The notes beneath the pieces were generated by a model, which saw nothing but the letters and a program-made list of their open reading frames with translations, ran no database searches and was not told where the DNA came from. Shown piece after piece: positions 39,789 through 49,850 of a DNA stretch of 64,000 nt (positions are counted from its first letter, which is position 1; the number at the start of each line of letters is the position of its first letter). This DNA comes from Nitrosopumilales archaeon. GTDB lineage: Archaea > Thermoproteota > Nitrososphaeria > Nitrososphaerales > Nitrososphaeraceae. The stretch spans positions 1-64,000 of the forward strand of contig JBIQJB010000007.1 in assembly GCA_044507735.1 (NCBI GenBank), written 5' to 3'. The position numbers and the translations under genes were made by a program.

Positions 39789-40973
39789 ATGGACTTTAGG
39801 GTAATCCTGGCGACAAGGCTCCTGTTAAAGAGAAGGGGCAACTTCATTGCGTCCATAACCGCGCTGGTAATTGGCATCATGGTAATCCTCTTTAATTCTC
39901 TGATATTCAACGGGGTTGCCTTGGGGATACTCCGAGACCTTGGCGACTACAGGTTTGGCAACGTGCTGGTGACAAAGAACGAAGGTAACTTTCACAACGA
40001 AGCCACACAGATCATTAGGTACGCGCAGACCTTCCCGTATGTCGACGGGGCCGCGCCCCGGCTCCAATCGATAGCGTGGATGAATTCAACTGAAGGCAAT
40101 ACTAGGAATGAAGCTGACAAGGTGCCGGTTGTAGGGGTGGACCCGATGAGGGACCCGACGGCTTCGCGGCTCTTTGAGACCGTGACGGAGGGCTCGTTTG
40201 TGGATTCCAGGGGTGAAATCGTACTTGGAAGAAATGTAGCCGACGATCTAAAGGCCAAGGTCGGAACAAGGCTGGACCTCCGGATGGTCACGGCAGGCGG
40301 CGAGGACGCCACGAGGCGGCTCATAGTTGTCGGGATTTCAAGCTCACCTGGCGGCCTCGCCTTTGACGACTCTGCGATAATGACAATCGAAGATGTCAGG
40401 GAGATAACCGGAAGGCGGGGCGAGACTGACCAGATACTCATCAAGCTGGCGGACGCGTCGTTTCAAGAGGATCTGAAGGCCAGGCTGGGCGAGGCCTATC
40501 GCGAGGAGAACCTGAAGGTTCAGACACTTGAAGAGGCTGGGGAAGAGACCCTCTCCGGCATCCGGTCCGGGATCGCTTTCATAAACCTTGTAGGATACTT
40601 TGGGCTGCTCTCTGCCTCCTTTGCGATCGTAACGATAATGATGCTCATGGTGTCAAGCAAGACTCGCGACATCGGCATCATAAAGTCTCTTGGCGGCAAG
40701 AGCACAGACATCCTTTTGATATTTGTCTTGCAGGGGTTGATTATCGGTTCCATCGCAGCTGCAAGCGGATTCGTTGTGGGTTCGTTCGTAGGCATCTACT
40801 TTCAATCGGTTGAATTTTCATTTGGGCCGGGACTTGTCCTTGAAGTAGTCTATGACCCCCTGTTCACCCTGACGTCGTCTCTTTCTGCCATACCACTTGG
40901 AACGGCTGCAGCGGTCTACCCGGCATACCGGGCTTCCAAGCTGGAGCCAATCGGAGCCATCGGGCGTGCCTGA
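39789..40973 (+). CDS. Second ABC exporter permease (FtsX/MacB/LolC-E type)
   Basis: MDFR start; RDIGIIKSLG and YPAYRASKLEP; paralog of 37866..39047. Confidence 0.9.
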   Translation: MDFRVILATRLLLKRRGNFIASITALVIGIMVILFNSLIFNGVALGILRDLGDYRFGNVLVTKNEGNFHNEATQIIRYAQTFPYVDGAAPRLQSIAWMNSTEGNTRNEADKVPVVGVDPMRDPTASRLFETVTEGSFVDSRGEIVLGRNVADDLKAKVGTRLDLRMVTAGGEDATRRLIVVGISSSPGGLAFDDSAIMTIEDVREITGRRGETDQILIKLADASFQEDLKARLGEAYREENLKVQTLEEAGEETLSGIRSGIAFINLVGYFGLLSASFAIVTIMMLMVSSKTRDIGIIKSLGGKSTDILLIFVLQGLIIGSIAAASGFVVGSFVGIYFQSVEFSFGPGLVLEVVYDPLFTLTSSLSAIPLGTAAAVYPAYRASKLEPIGAIGRA

Positions 40974-41196
40974 AACAACAGGCTCAGCCCCCTGACCTCG
41001 GCAATACCATGGATCATTCTTGTTTTCACGCTCAAAATATAGCAGCAGAACATTGCAGAATCTTGGGCACTGCAAAGTACTAGGATGGTCACACTAGATG
41101 GCATCATCAATTTCTCACGAGTGTACAGCTCTTTTTTGAAGCGTGAGTCTGGGGGATTTTTTCCCCTCGCAGCCTCTGCAGTGGAAGCGCACACAG

Positions 41197-42519
41197 CTAC
41201 CTGTTTGTCAGGCTGATATACTCGTACGCCTTGACAGCGTTGTCAAACGCGTACTGCACTTTCTGGAACTGCTTTCTAAACTCTGCAACATCCTTGGCCA
41301 CGATTGACGGATCCTGCTTGTCCACAACTACCCGCTTGATGAAGGTGGCGATCTCTTTCATCTCGCTCTCCTTCATGCCAAGGCGTGTAGTCTCCGGCAC
41401 CCCGATCCTGACACCGCTTGGGTGCATATAGTGCCTGCCTGCCTTGATGTCGCCTGGCAGAAGCTGCCTGTTCAATATGATGCCTGCCTTTTCCAGGTCC
41501 TTTTCAATTGTACCGCCATCTCCAAACTTCATGACATCGACGGCTATCTGGTGAGATGCTGTATAGCCGCGCTTTTCCCCCAAAACTCCAAATCCATATC
41601 CTGCCAGAGCTTCTGCTAATGCTTTTGCGTTCTTGATCACCTGCTTGGCATACTGCTTGCCAAATTCAAGCGATTCTGCAAGTGCAATTGCCTTTCCTGC
41701 TACATGATGCAGGTGGTGGCTACTTGTGTTTCCCGGAAATATGCCCTTCTTGATGGCTTCAGCGTGCTTTTCTAGAGATACAATAATTCCGCCCTGCGGA
41801 CCCCAGAGTGTCTTGTGCGAGCTCATGGTCATCGAGTCAACACCTTCTCCCAGTGGGTCTTGGAATTCTCCACCCGCTATCAGGCCGGCGACATGCGCTC
41901 CATCATAGTTGATATACATGCCGTGGTCATGCATAAAGCCGGCAAGCTCTTTTACTGGGTGTGGAAACAAGAACAAGCTGCCGCCAAACATGGCCATCTT
42001 GGGTGCCCTGCCTTCGCGGGCCATCTCTTCAATCTTCTTCTTTGTAGCGTCAACGTCGATGGTCATCTCCTCCTTTGAAAATGGATAGTGCTCTATGTTC
42101 AGGCCGTGAACCAACCCTGCAGTGCCGGCATGCTCTTTCTTACCGTGAGAGATGTGACCGCCAGATGGTATGGAAGCGGCCATCATCCAATCGCCCGGAC
42201 TCGAAAATGCTGAATATATCGCAAGGTTTGCCACGACGCCAGAAGTAGCGCGGCAGTCTGCAAACTCTGCATGGAATACTTTGCGTGCAAGGTCGTTGCA
42301 TATCATTTCAACTTGGTCAATGTAAATGCAACCAGCGTAAACGCGCTCGCCAGGCCATCCCTCTGCATAGCGGTTGCCAAAGTCGGATATCACAGCTTCC
42401 CTTACGGCCGGGCTTGGGATGTTCTCGCTTGCAATGAGCGGTATAGACCTGTTAAACCAGTCGTGATGCTCACGCATCAGTCTCAAAACGTCATCATACG
42501 CTTTCTTGCTGTCACTCAT
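41197..42519 (-). CDS. glyA: Serine hydroxymethyltransferase
   Basis: LIASEN, RYAEG, GGHISH, YDGAHVAGL and SSHKTLWGPQGG. Confidence 0.96.
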   Translation of the reverse strand: MSDSKKAYDDVLRLMREHHDWFNRSIPLIASENIPSPAVREAVISDFGNRYAEGWPGERVYAGCIYIDQVEMICNDLARKVFHAEFADCRATSGVVANLAIYSAFSSPGDWMMAASIPSGGHISHGKKEHAGTAGLVHGLNIEHYPFSKEEMTIDVDATKKKIEEMAREGRAPKMAMFGGSLFLFPHPVKELAGFMHDHGMYINYDGAHVAGLIAGGEFQDPLGEGVDSMTMSSHKTLWGPQGGIIVSLEKHAEAIKKGIFPGNTSSHHLHHVAGKAIALAESLEFGKQYAKQVIKNAKALAEALAGYGFGVLGEKRGYTASHQIAVDVMKFGDGGTIEKDLEKAGIILNRQLLPGDIKAGRHYMHPSGVRIGVPETTRLGMKESEMKEIATFIKRVVVDKQDPSIVAKDVAEFRKQFQKVQYAFDNAVKAYEYISLTNR

Positions 42520-42569
42520 ATTCGATATGTCCTCTACGACTCTTTGAGGGGAGCGCTGGTTCTTTTAAG

Positions 42570-43442
42570 TTATCGCTTTTCCTCTTCAAACAGAAACTTG
42601 TGAAGAAGCTCGCATATTATGGCTGGCTTTTCTGCGAACGGCGCATGACCCGCATCTTCCACTATCGCTACTTCAGAGCCATCTATCGATTCTTGAAAAG
42701 TTTGAAGATATTCAAGCGGGATTAGCTCGTCGCGCTTTCCCCATATTATCAACGTTGGCGCCTTTATCTGACCTAGTCGGTCAATGCCTATCTGCGTGTT
42801 GACGCTATTTTCGTACGCTGACTTGAAGGCATGTTTTGCACCTGTCTGGTGCATCTTGTAGATAAAGCCATCAACCAGCACTTCTGGTATTCTTACCGGA
42901 TCTGCTACCATCTGCTCAAGGACTGCTCTCACATTCTTTTTATCCGGATTCATGGCAGCCTCAAGGTACTGCTTGAGCAAAGGCGTAGGGCCGTTGAGCA
43001 TACCTGATGTGTCTATCAAAACCAGCCTCTCTATCAGATCAGGATGTTCTGCAGCCAGGCGCGCTGCAATGTATCCACCAAGTGAGTGACCTACAACGCT
43101 TGCCCTTTCCATCTTGGTTGTACGGATAAACTCTGCAACAACTTGTACAAACTTTGCAATGGTATAGTCAATTTCAGGCTTGGCGCTCAGCCCAAAGCCG
43201 GGAAGGTCCACCGCGACAGAGTGCAGACCGAGGAGAGACATTGCATCCGGTATGTCAAGCCATCGGTCCGCCGAAGAGCCAAGACCGTGGATGAATATCA
43301 CATGGTGTCCTCCTCTTGTATCTTGGAGGGGGCCAGCCGCAGAACCTTCGCTACCTAGAACACCGCTGCCGCCCTCAAGATAGTGCATCTTCAAGCTGGC
43401 CACATCTACAAAGCCTTGCCTCAACACCGTATCCTCACACAT
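42570..43442 (-). CDS. Alpha/beta hydrolase
   Basis: HGLG, DLPGFGLS, GHSLGG and AGHAP. Confidence 0.92.
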   Translation of the reverse strand: MCEDTVLRQGFVDVASLKMHYLEGGSGVLGSEGSAAGPLQDTRGGHHVIFIHGLGSSADRWLDIPDAMSLLGLHSVAVDLPGFGLSAKPEIDYTIAKFVQVVAEFIRTTKMERASVVGHSLGGYIAARLAAEHPDLIERLVLIDTSGMLNGPTPLLKQYLEAAMNPDKKNVRAVLEQMVADPVRIPEVLVDGFIYKMHQTGAKHAFKSAYENSVNTQIGIDRLGQIKAPTLIIWGKRDELIPLEYLQTFQESIDGSEVAIVEDAGHAPFAEKPAIICELLHKFLFEEEKR

Positions 43443-43503
43443 ATTGGGCGGCAGAACTAAACAACGTTTCTAATCTTTGTTGCATCATGCACAGACAAAC
43501 TTT

Positions 43504-43722
43504 TCAGGTATGCCACAATCTCTTTTTCAGCTCTTTTAGGCGGTAATAGATGTTGCAAGAACTGCATGTCCACACAGGATTCTTGTCTGCAATCCAGTAC
43601 TGGCTATCAAAGTGCTTTTTAGCCATCATGTTGCCGCACTGAGGGCACGCAAATAACGGTGATAGGAGTGGGGCAGTGTTCTGTGGCATGGTTTCTAAGT
43701 TATGAATGCAATATAATAGCAA
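43504..43722 (-). CDS. Small zinc-finger protein
   Basis: CPQCG...WTCSSC; probable start at MPQN. Confidence 0.6.
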   Translation of the reverse strand: MLLYCIHNLETMPQNTAPLLSPLFACPQCGNMMAKKHFDSQYWIADKNPVWTCSSCNIYYRLKELKKRLWHT

Positions 43723-44168
43723 GTATCATAGAAAAATGAAATTCTATGATAATTGCATGATTGTTGATCTGATTGTTGTTATTGGTGGTTGGTTCGTTCA
43801 GTTCTTGGACAATGCGGGTACACGATATATGAGAGTACACTCTGTTCAACTAGCGTAAGTAACGAAATCAGACTGCACCGGTACCTTTTGAGCCCGGTGC
43901 GCAGAGTGCTCAAACCTCTCACTTTTTGCTCGTGCATCTTTTGCCCTGTTGGATTTTTGCATATGTCTTTTTTGTCGGGCCGACAGATCTTCCGATATTT
44001 GGATAATGTGTTATACTATTACTATCAAATGCATATAGAAATTACAATGTGTCTGCTAATAGATCCAAAAATGTACATCTAAACCTAGTATGATTGGTGA
44101 TCCAATTATGATTATAACATAAAACACTAATTTTATGATAAACTCTAAATACATGCTCTACGCCATAG

Positions 44169-44345
44169 ATGGTGGAAATGCCGGTTACTGTAAGAAGACA
44201 ACAACATCCACAACAGCATGTGGGCGGTGGCAAGAACTACGATCCTGACTATTCTAGGCGAAAGTACCAACAATATGTACAGCACAAATGCAACCACAAT
44301 CGCCTAAACAAATGCCACGTCTGCAATAATTACTGCCATTGTTAA
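44169..44345 (+). CDS. Small Cys/His-rich protein (58 aa; not in the ORF track)
   Basis: MVEMPVTVRRQQHPQQHVGGGKNYDPDYSRRKYQQYVQHKCNHNRLNKCHVCNNYCHC*. Confidence 0.5.
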   Translation: MVEMPVTVRRQQHPQQHVGGGKNYDPDYSRRKYQQYVQHKCNHNRLNKCHVCNNYCHC

Positions 44346-44547
44346 AAGAAGGTAGGAAGGAGAGAAAGGGCGGATATGTCGTTACTGAATCTCCGTCCTT
44401 CTTTTTCTCCTTCTCTTTCTGCCTGCCCGGAATTACCAAAGATTGATGGATTGATGGATGGATTCTTTGAGCAACATAAACAGCTGAGAACTCCATCTAT
44501 GCAGTTTGCAGTACCCTATTCGCTGTCATTTCATTGTTCTTGTCTCC

Positions 44548-44742
44548 CTATGCTCCAGCAGATCTAAACAATGTTTTTCTAACCTTTGGGTTATTCCTGC
44601 CATAATTTCTCGGTCCGGCTATCCAGACAGTCTCATTGCATTGCGGGCAATGTGTGAAGAACTTTGCCCTACCCTCGTATTGGAATACTCTTTTGCAGTT
44701 CTTGCACCGCAGCTCTACCATACCAACAACTGTGGCGTACAT
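44548..44742 (-). CDS. Small zinc-ribbon protein
   Basis: LRCKNCKRVFQY..HCPQC. Confidence 0.6.
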   Translation of the reverse strand: MYATVVGMVELRCKNCKRVFQYEGRAKFFTHCPQCNETVWIAGPRNYGRNNPKVRKTLFRSAGA

Positions 44743-45192
44743 TGGATTTAACTCCTAAGTAGGAGCTGCGTTACAATTCGAATGGAGCCTCAACAATCAA
44801 GACTGCATCCTGCACTGCCACATTGCACACCTTCTGCCCCTCGTCCTTGTTTGCCCGTATTCTGCTGTGAGAGCAGCAACACAGTTTAATCTCTATTGCA
44901 TATCGGATTAATTTTGGTTCTACATTTCTTGCGGTTATGTTTCCAATTTCCATTCTCAAAACATTCTAGATGCTTGATGTCGTCTTTGTCCGACACTATT
45001 CGTTCGTCGCCGTCCTTTGGACCGCCTGACAGAATGCGCCTTATGCCTGACAATGATGGTGGAGGAGGAGGTCTAAGCTGCGACATGTTGCTAGCTGCAT
45101 GATATCCTACTTAATTAGATCTGATTGCATATGTAGGGACACAAGCACGCAAGTATCAACTCACCGGGATGTTAGGCCAAGGTAGTGCTGTA

Positions 45193-45678
45193 TCAGCGGA
45201 CCACCATTACTGGGCACTTGGCCCGCTCTAGAACCCCTCTTGACACACTACCAAGTAACTTTAGCTTCTTGGCAATGGTTCCATACCTTGTACTACCTAT
45301 GATTATCAACTCCACCCCTTTGCTTTCCGCATATTCCAATATCTTGTCAATAGGTCTGCCCAGAACTACGTCTATCCTGATTTTTTTCAATCCTTCTTTC
45401 TGTTCGTATTCGCGTTTTTTCTCTTCAAGCATCTTGATAACTTGGTCCTTAATTGCTGAATAGACATACTGTACGTGTTCTTCAACAGCTGTAAGTTTGG
45501 AGTCTTTTCTTGATTTGATTGCATGCTCCATCAAGGGATAGATGGGAATTTCGGTTATAACATGCAAGAGAATGATCTCTGTATCGGGGTTTGCTCTTGC
45601 AAGTTTGGCGGCGTGCTCTAGCGCATCGTCAGCAGGATTGTAAGTATCGTACGGAACTAGGATTTTCCTATACGCCAA
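45193..45678 (-). CDS. Universal stress protein (UspA family)
   Basis: YRKILVPYD, LIIIGS and LLGSVSRGVL...CPVMVVR. Confidence 0.93.
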   Translation of the reverse strand: MAYRKILVPYDTYNPADDALEHAAKLARANPDTEIILLHVITEIPIYPLMEHAIKSRKDSKLTAVEEHVQYVYSAIKDQVIKMLEEKKREYEQKEGLKKIRIDVVLGRPIDKILEYAESKGVELIIIGSTRYGTIAKKLKLLGSVSRGVLERAKCPVMVVR

Positions 45679-46004
45679 GGTAATCTAACATGTGAGCGAG
45701 TTTATTTAAGCCGATTGCCTCAGTATACGAAAATTCAAGTCAATTACAGTCTTTTGTGGCACGGTGCAGAATTGACGCATCTGCCAAAATGATAGGGAGG
45801 AAAATAGTGTGTGTATGCGCATACAGCAAAAGCACAATGTCACCAAACTCGCACTCCAAAATACCAGGAGTATTAGTCCCGCACAGCTGAAAGATTGAAC
45901 GAATTTCTTCCAATAGTCCACATGATATTCAATTATGCAATTTGCGGCATGCACCTGCACCATGTTGATGTTGCCATCCTCTCCAATCTGCAGCGCGTCT
46001 GCCA

Positions 46005-46379
46005 AAGAGACCTATGCACAGGTTTTGCAGCTTGATAGGTAAATCAGATTTGCGCGGGATCGCCAGCAACTAGGGCACCTCGTCTGTGCATTGATGGCAA
46101 AAGGATGTAGAGCCTCTGTTCAATGAAGATGAGCTTCGTGACAACATAATGAAATCTGTCCTCCGGATGAAAACGAGAGAAGATTACGAATCAAAATTGG
46201 GAAGAGTGATGTACACGTTTGCGCATTACGAGAAGGTCAAGAGGGCTACCATCCCGCTTTCAGGTCATCATCCATATCTGGCGGTTCTGGCAGTGTCCTT
46301 TGAGATAAATGCTGATCATGAAAATATCATTCTGGGCAAAATTCTGCCCACGATAGGACGACAAAAAAGCAAAGCGTAG
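46005..46379 (+). pseudogene. Degraded roadblock-like (DUF6659-type) protein
   Basis: Intact 3' part KSVLRMKTREDYESKLGRVMYTFAHYEKVKRATIPL; the 5' part (QVLQLDR*IRFA..) has stops and frameshifts. Confidence 0.55.
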
Positions 46380-46440
46380 CTGCTGAGTCTCGAATTAACC
46401 CGGCAGATATAAGTGGGAGTTGGGATAATCAAAGACAGCG

Positions 46441-46773
46441 ATGGATGAAAGTACGAAGCGTTTCCTCCGCGTCCAGCTGATGTGGATGGGGATCTATTTC
46501 GGGATCGCAATCGCGATATCTCTCCTACTTCCCTTTCCATACTCCTTCATTGTGCTTATCGGGGTAATCATGGGCCTTGCCTTCTGGAGGAGGCGAAGGA
46601 TGTTTCGGCAAATGGGCGGCAGGGGAGGCTATGGCGGCTCCTTCTTTGGAGGTGGCGGCATGTTTGGGCAACGGGACGGAGGTATCAGCTATTACTGCAT
46701 GAATTGCGGCACAAAACACAACCAAATCTCTTGTCCCAAGTGCGGGTCGAAGCTGAAAAAGGCTGGCTTTTAG
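46441..46773 (+). CDS. Small membrane protein with Gly-rich linker and C-terminal zinc ribbon
   Basis: Two TM segments; YYCMNCG..CPKCGSK. Confidence 0.85.
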   Translation: MDESTKRFLRVQLMWMGIYFGIAIAISLLLPFPYSFIVLIGVIMGLAFWRRRRMFRQMGGRGGYGGSFFGGGGMFGQRDGGISYYCMNCGTKHNQISCPKCGSKLKKAGF

Positions 46774-47121
46774 CCCTTGTGAATGGTGTGAGAAACAAAT
46801 TCATCACACACGTAAACAGTAGGTCAAATATCTCGATGTCGATGTCGTGATAGTTCCACAGCTTTCAGCTGTCCATTTACACACACACATGTACACAGCT
46901 AAGAAAAGCGCCGGAGACGCATCTGCAGAGGGTGAAGAATGTGGGACAGGGGCAAGCTCTAACTACCTTTCACACTTCAAGCATTTGTTGGCCGGGTATC
47001 AGAATTGTCGGCGTGTACGTGCATACGCTTGGAAGCAGAGAGGATCTGACAGCCTGCAAACTGACAAAATTTTGATCAAATGTAACTGGCAAGTCCTTTT
47101 CTTCAGAAGACAATCATGGTA

Positions 47122-48087
47122 TCATGCTTTCCCCATAGCAAATGACTTTACAACCTCCGTCCAGGCTGCCCCAATATTGGTTCTGTTGTATCCACCGCCG
47201 CCTAGCGCAATTATCCTGCCCTGACAGTGCTTGTGCGCCAGCTGGTGTAGCACGTCCGCTGCGTGTCTGTGCGCTTTCGGCGAATAGCGCAGATCCGTTA
47301 TGGGGTCACCGGCCAGTCCGTCGGCGCCACACTGGAGTATTATCAACTCAGGCCTGGCGCTGTCCACAAACTGTTCAACCTTGTCAAATGCCTCGATGAA
47401 TTCAGCATCGCCAGCTTCCGGTTCAAGTGGAAGGTTCAATTTTGTACCAGCTGCATCGCCCTTGCCCGTCTCCATCGCAAAACCTGTTCCTGGAAACAAG
47501 TACCGGCCATCTTCGTGTATGTCTGCAAAGAACAATAATGGATCATCTTCAAATTCATAAAAGACTCCGTCACCATGGTGCGCGTCAATGTCTACATACA
47601 TTACACGCTTTATCCCGTACTTTTTGCGAGCAACAATTATTGCCACTCCGATGTCGTTGAACACACAAAAGCCACCAGCAGTGTCGCGCCGAGCATGGTG
47701 CAGTCCGCCAATTGGGTTGAACGCGTGATCTATTCTTGTCTCCTTGCCGTCTTTGCCGGCAACTGTCATGTCAAGTGCTGCCAAGGTTGAGCCGACAACG
47801 TATAGTGATGCTTCAAAGACTCCTTTGAATGCTGGCGTGTCTCCCTTATCTAACGGCACACCTCCATGCTTTGATGCCATTCTCACAAGATCTACGTACT
47901 CTTTGTCGTGGAATAACAATGCGTCCTGCTCGGTTCCAAGCGCAGGCTCTTCTATCACAACATTTTCGATATACTCGCTTTGCAGTCTTCTCCAGAAAGC
48001 ATCCAGCCGGTCAGTGCCAAATGGGTGTGAACCACCAAATCCATATCTTGCGAGCGCCTCGCCATAAAAAACGGCTGTCTGGCACAT
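47122..48087 (-). CDS. Histone deacetylase/AcuC-family deacetylase
   Basis: GGLHHA, GFCVFND, DIDAHHGDG, FPGTG, GADG..GDP and GGGGY. Confidence 0.95.
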   Translation of the reverse strand: MCQTAVFYGEALARYGFGGSHPFGTDRLDAFWRRLQSEYIENVVIEEPALGTEQDALLFHDKEYVDLVRMASKHGGVPLDKGDTPAFKGVFEASLYVVGSTLAALDMTVAGKDGKETRIDHAFNPIGGLHHARRDTAGGFCVFNDIGVAIIVARKKYGIKRVMYVDIDAHHGDGVFYEFEDDPLLFFADIHEDGRYLFPGTGFAMETGKGDAAGTKLNLPLEPEAGDAEFIEAFDKVEQFVDSARPELIILQCGADGLAGDPITDLRYSPKAHRHAADVLHQLAHKHCQGRIIALGGGGYNRTNIGAAWTEVVKSFAMGKA

Positions 48088-48157
48088 GACTTACAATAAG
48101 GGAGATTGCAAATAAATATTCAACACATAAACACATAATCTGGTAGGATGTTGTTGC

Positions 48158-48754
48158 ATGTTCACAGGCATAGTCGAAGGGACGGGCAAGGTTAAGTCCA
48201 TATCAAAGAGCAAAAAGGGCGCCGACACGGTGATGAGAGTCGGTCTTGGCAGGCTTGCACGCGGTCTCAAGCGGGGCGATAGCGTTTGCATAAACGGCGC
48301 ATGCCTGACAGTCACAAAGCTATCAAAAGGCGATGCAGAATTTGAGATGGTGGCAGAGACTATTAGACGTACAAACCTAGGCAATGTGAAGCCTGGAGAC
48401 AAGGTGAACATCGAGAGATCCATGAAAGTGGGTGACAGAATTGAGGGTCATTTTGTCTTGGGCCACGTTGATGGAACCGGCATAATTGAGGATGTGCAAA
48501 GCCTACCATCTGAGACCAAAGTGTGGATCAAGCTCGGCGAAGGGCTGGCAAGAACCCTGGTTCCAAAAGGTTCCATTGCAGTGGATGGCGTAAGCCTCAC
48601 TCTGGTTGACATCAAGGGAGATTTGGTCTCTGTATCTCTGATACCTCATACCCTTGGAGCTACGACCCTTGGACTGAGAAAAAAGGGTGATATCGTAAAC
48701 ATTGAGACAGATATTCTAGGCAAGTATGTAGCAAATAACCTGCCAATAAAATAG
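48158..48754 (+). CDS. ribE: Riboflavin synthase (bacterial-type alpha chain)
   Basis: MFTGIVE N-terminus, NGACLTV, GHFVLGHVDG, GSIAVDGVSLT and VNIETD. Confidence 0.95.
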   Translation: MFTGIVEGTGKVKSISKSKKGADTVMRVGLGRLARGLKRGDSVCINGACLTVTKLSKGDAEFEMVAETIRRTNLGNVKPGDKVNIERSMKVGDRIEGHFVLGHVDGTGIIEDVQSLPSETKVWIKLGEGLARTLVPKGSIAVDGVSLTLVDIKGDLVSVSLIPHTLGATTLGLRKKGDIVNIETDILGKYVANNLPIK

Positions 48755-49010
48755 GGCGCGAGGAGGACAGGCGCTTCCGCAGAAAACCAAGAACAAGAAT
48801 TTGAATCAAAAAGTTCATCAGCGAAAGGGCAAGATTTTGCTGTAAGGCAATTCGATAAAAATACAACGGGTCATTGAAGTATTCTTGTGCTTCGCTATCG
48901 GAAATGTCACATGCACGTTGCCGTCTGAGCAGGACCCCAGAAATTGATGAAATACGGTTGTAGATCAATTGTAGAACTGCGTATATCCTACAAGTGGGAA
49001 GATCAGATAG

Positions 49011-49235
49011 ATGACTGGGATTCTGGCATATTGCGAAGGGTGCAAACACGCATTGTATGAATCTGACATTTCTGTCAATACCTATGATTTGGCAGTGGAT
49101 GATGGAACGATCTTGACCTGCCCCAATTGCGATCGGGTAAATGAAGTGTACTCCCACACAGTCACAAAAGAACGACACAGTCCTGCAATGCGGAGCGACG
49201 ATACAAGACACCACACAAGGCAGCACTACCAATAA
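49011..49235 (+). CDS. Small zinc-finger protein
   Basis: YCEGCKH...TCPNCDR. Confidence 0.55.
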   Translation: MTGILAYCEGCKHALYESDISVNTYDLAVDDGTILTCPNCDRVNEVYSHTVTKERHSPAMRSDDTRHHTRQHYQ

Positions 49236-49239
49236 AGTG

Positions 49240-49625
49240 ACAACACTGTTGCAGCATTTGAAGAGGCCAAATCAAACACACATGGAATAGGACCTGAGCA
49301 GATGTCCCCTAATTCGCTCAGACATTGCAATAGCGGAGTTAAGGTATTTGCAAACGCAAAGCGCGTTGATTACTGCGGGCTAGGCAAAAAAACAGGACAA
49401 CCACGTCAACCCCTTAGAGTGCTTGAACACAACGCTGCGCGAAAGGCTAAAGGTGTAGCACGGATAGAAAACAGCAAAGACACTGCTAGCGGAAGGCAAC
49501 TGCATATACAGTACAATTTCGTAAAGCCATATGTGGTTCTAGACGGTCAGACACCAGCTCAAGCGGCGGGATTGAAAGTGAGAGGGGTGGAAAGAATCGT
49601 TGACGCTGGCTGTCAAGGACGATGC
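49240..49625 (+). pseudogene. C-terminal remnant of an IS6-like DDE transposase
   Basis: Across frames: AFEEAK..., LNTTLRERLKV*HG*K.., IQYNFVKPY..LDGQTPAQAAGL; in-frame stops and frameshifts. Confidence 0.8.
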
Positions 49626-49850
49626 GTAAAGAATTTCATGAGGATTACACTTGTTGCACCCGCAGCTATTGCGACAATGCTAAAGGGGAAAAGAATCCAA
49701 ACTCCTAAACATACAGTCCATGAAAGGTAGAATAGAACTAACCCAAATGCAAAAAAGGAGATAGCAAGTACCATAGTCTCCAATTGCGTCTTTAATTATC
49801 AAGAACTGTTAAATTCCTTTATCAATTCCATAAAAATTAGTCACATCATT

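Noticed and set aside
48660-49232. 190-aa minus-strand ORF at the left island end
   Set aside because: Overlaps ribE and a Cys-motif ORF; no recognisable domain
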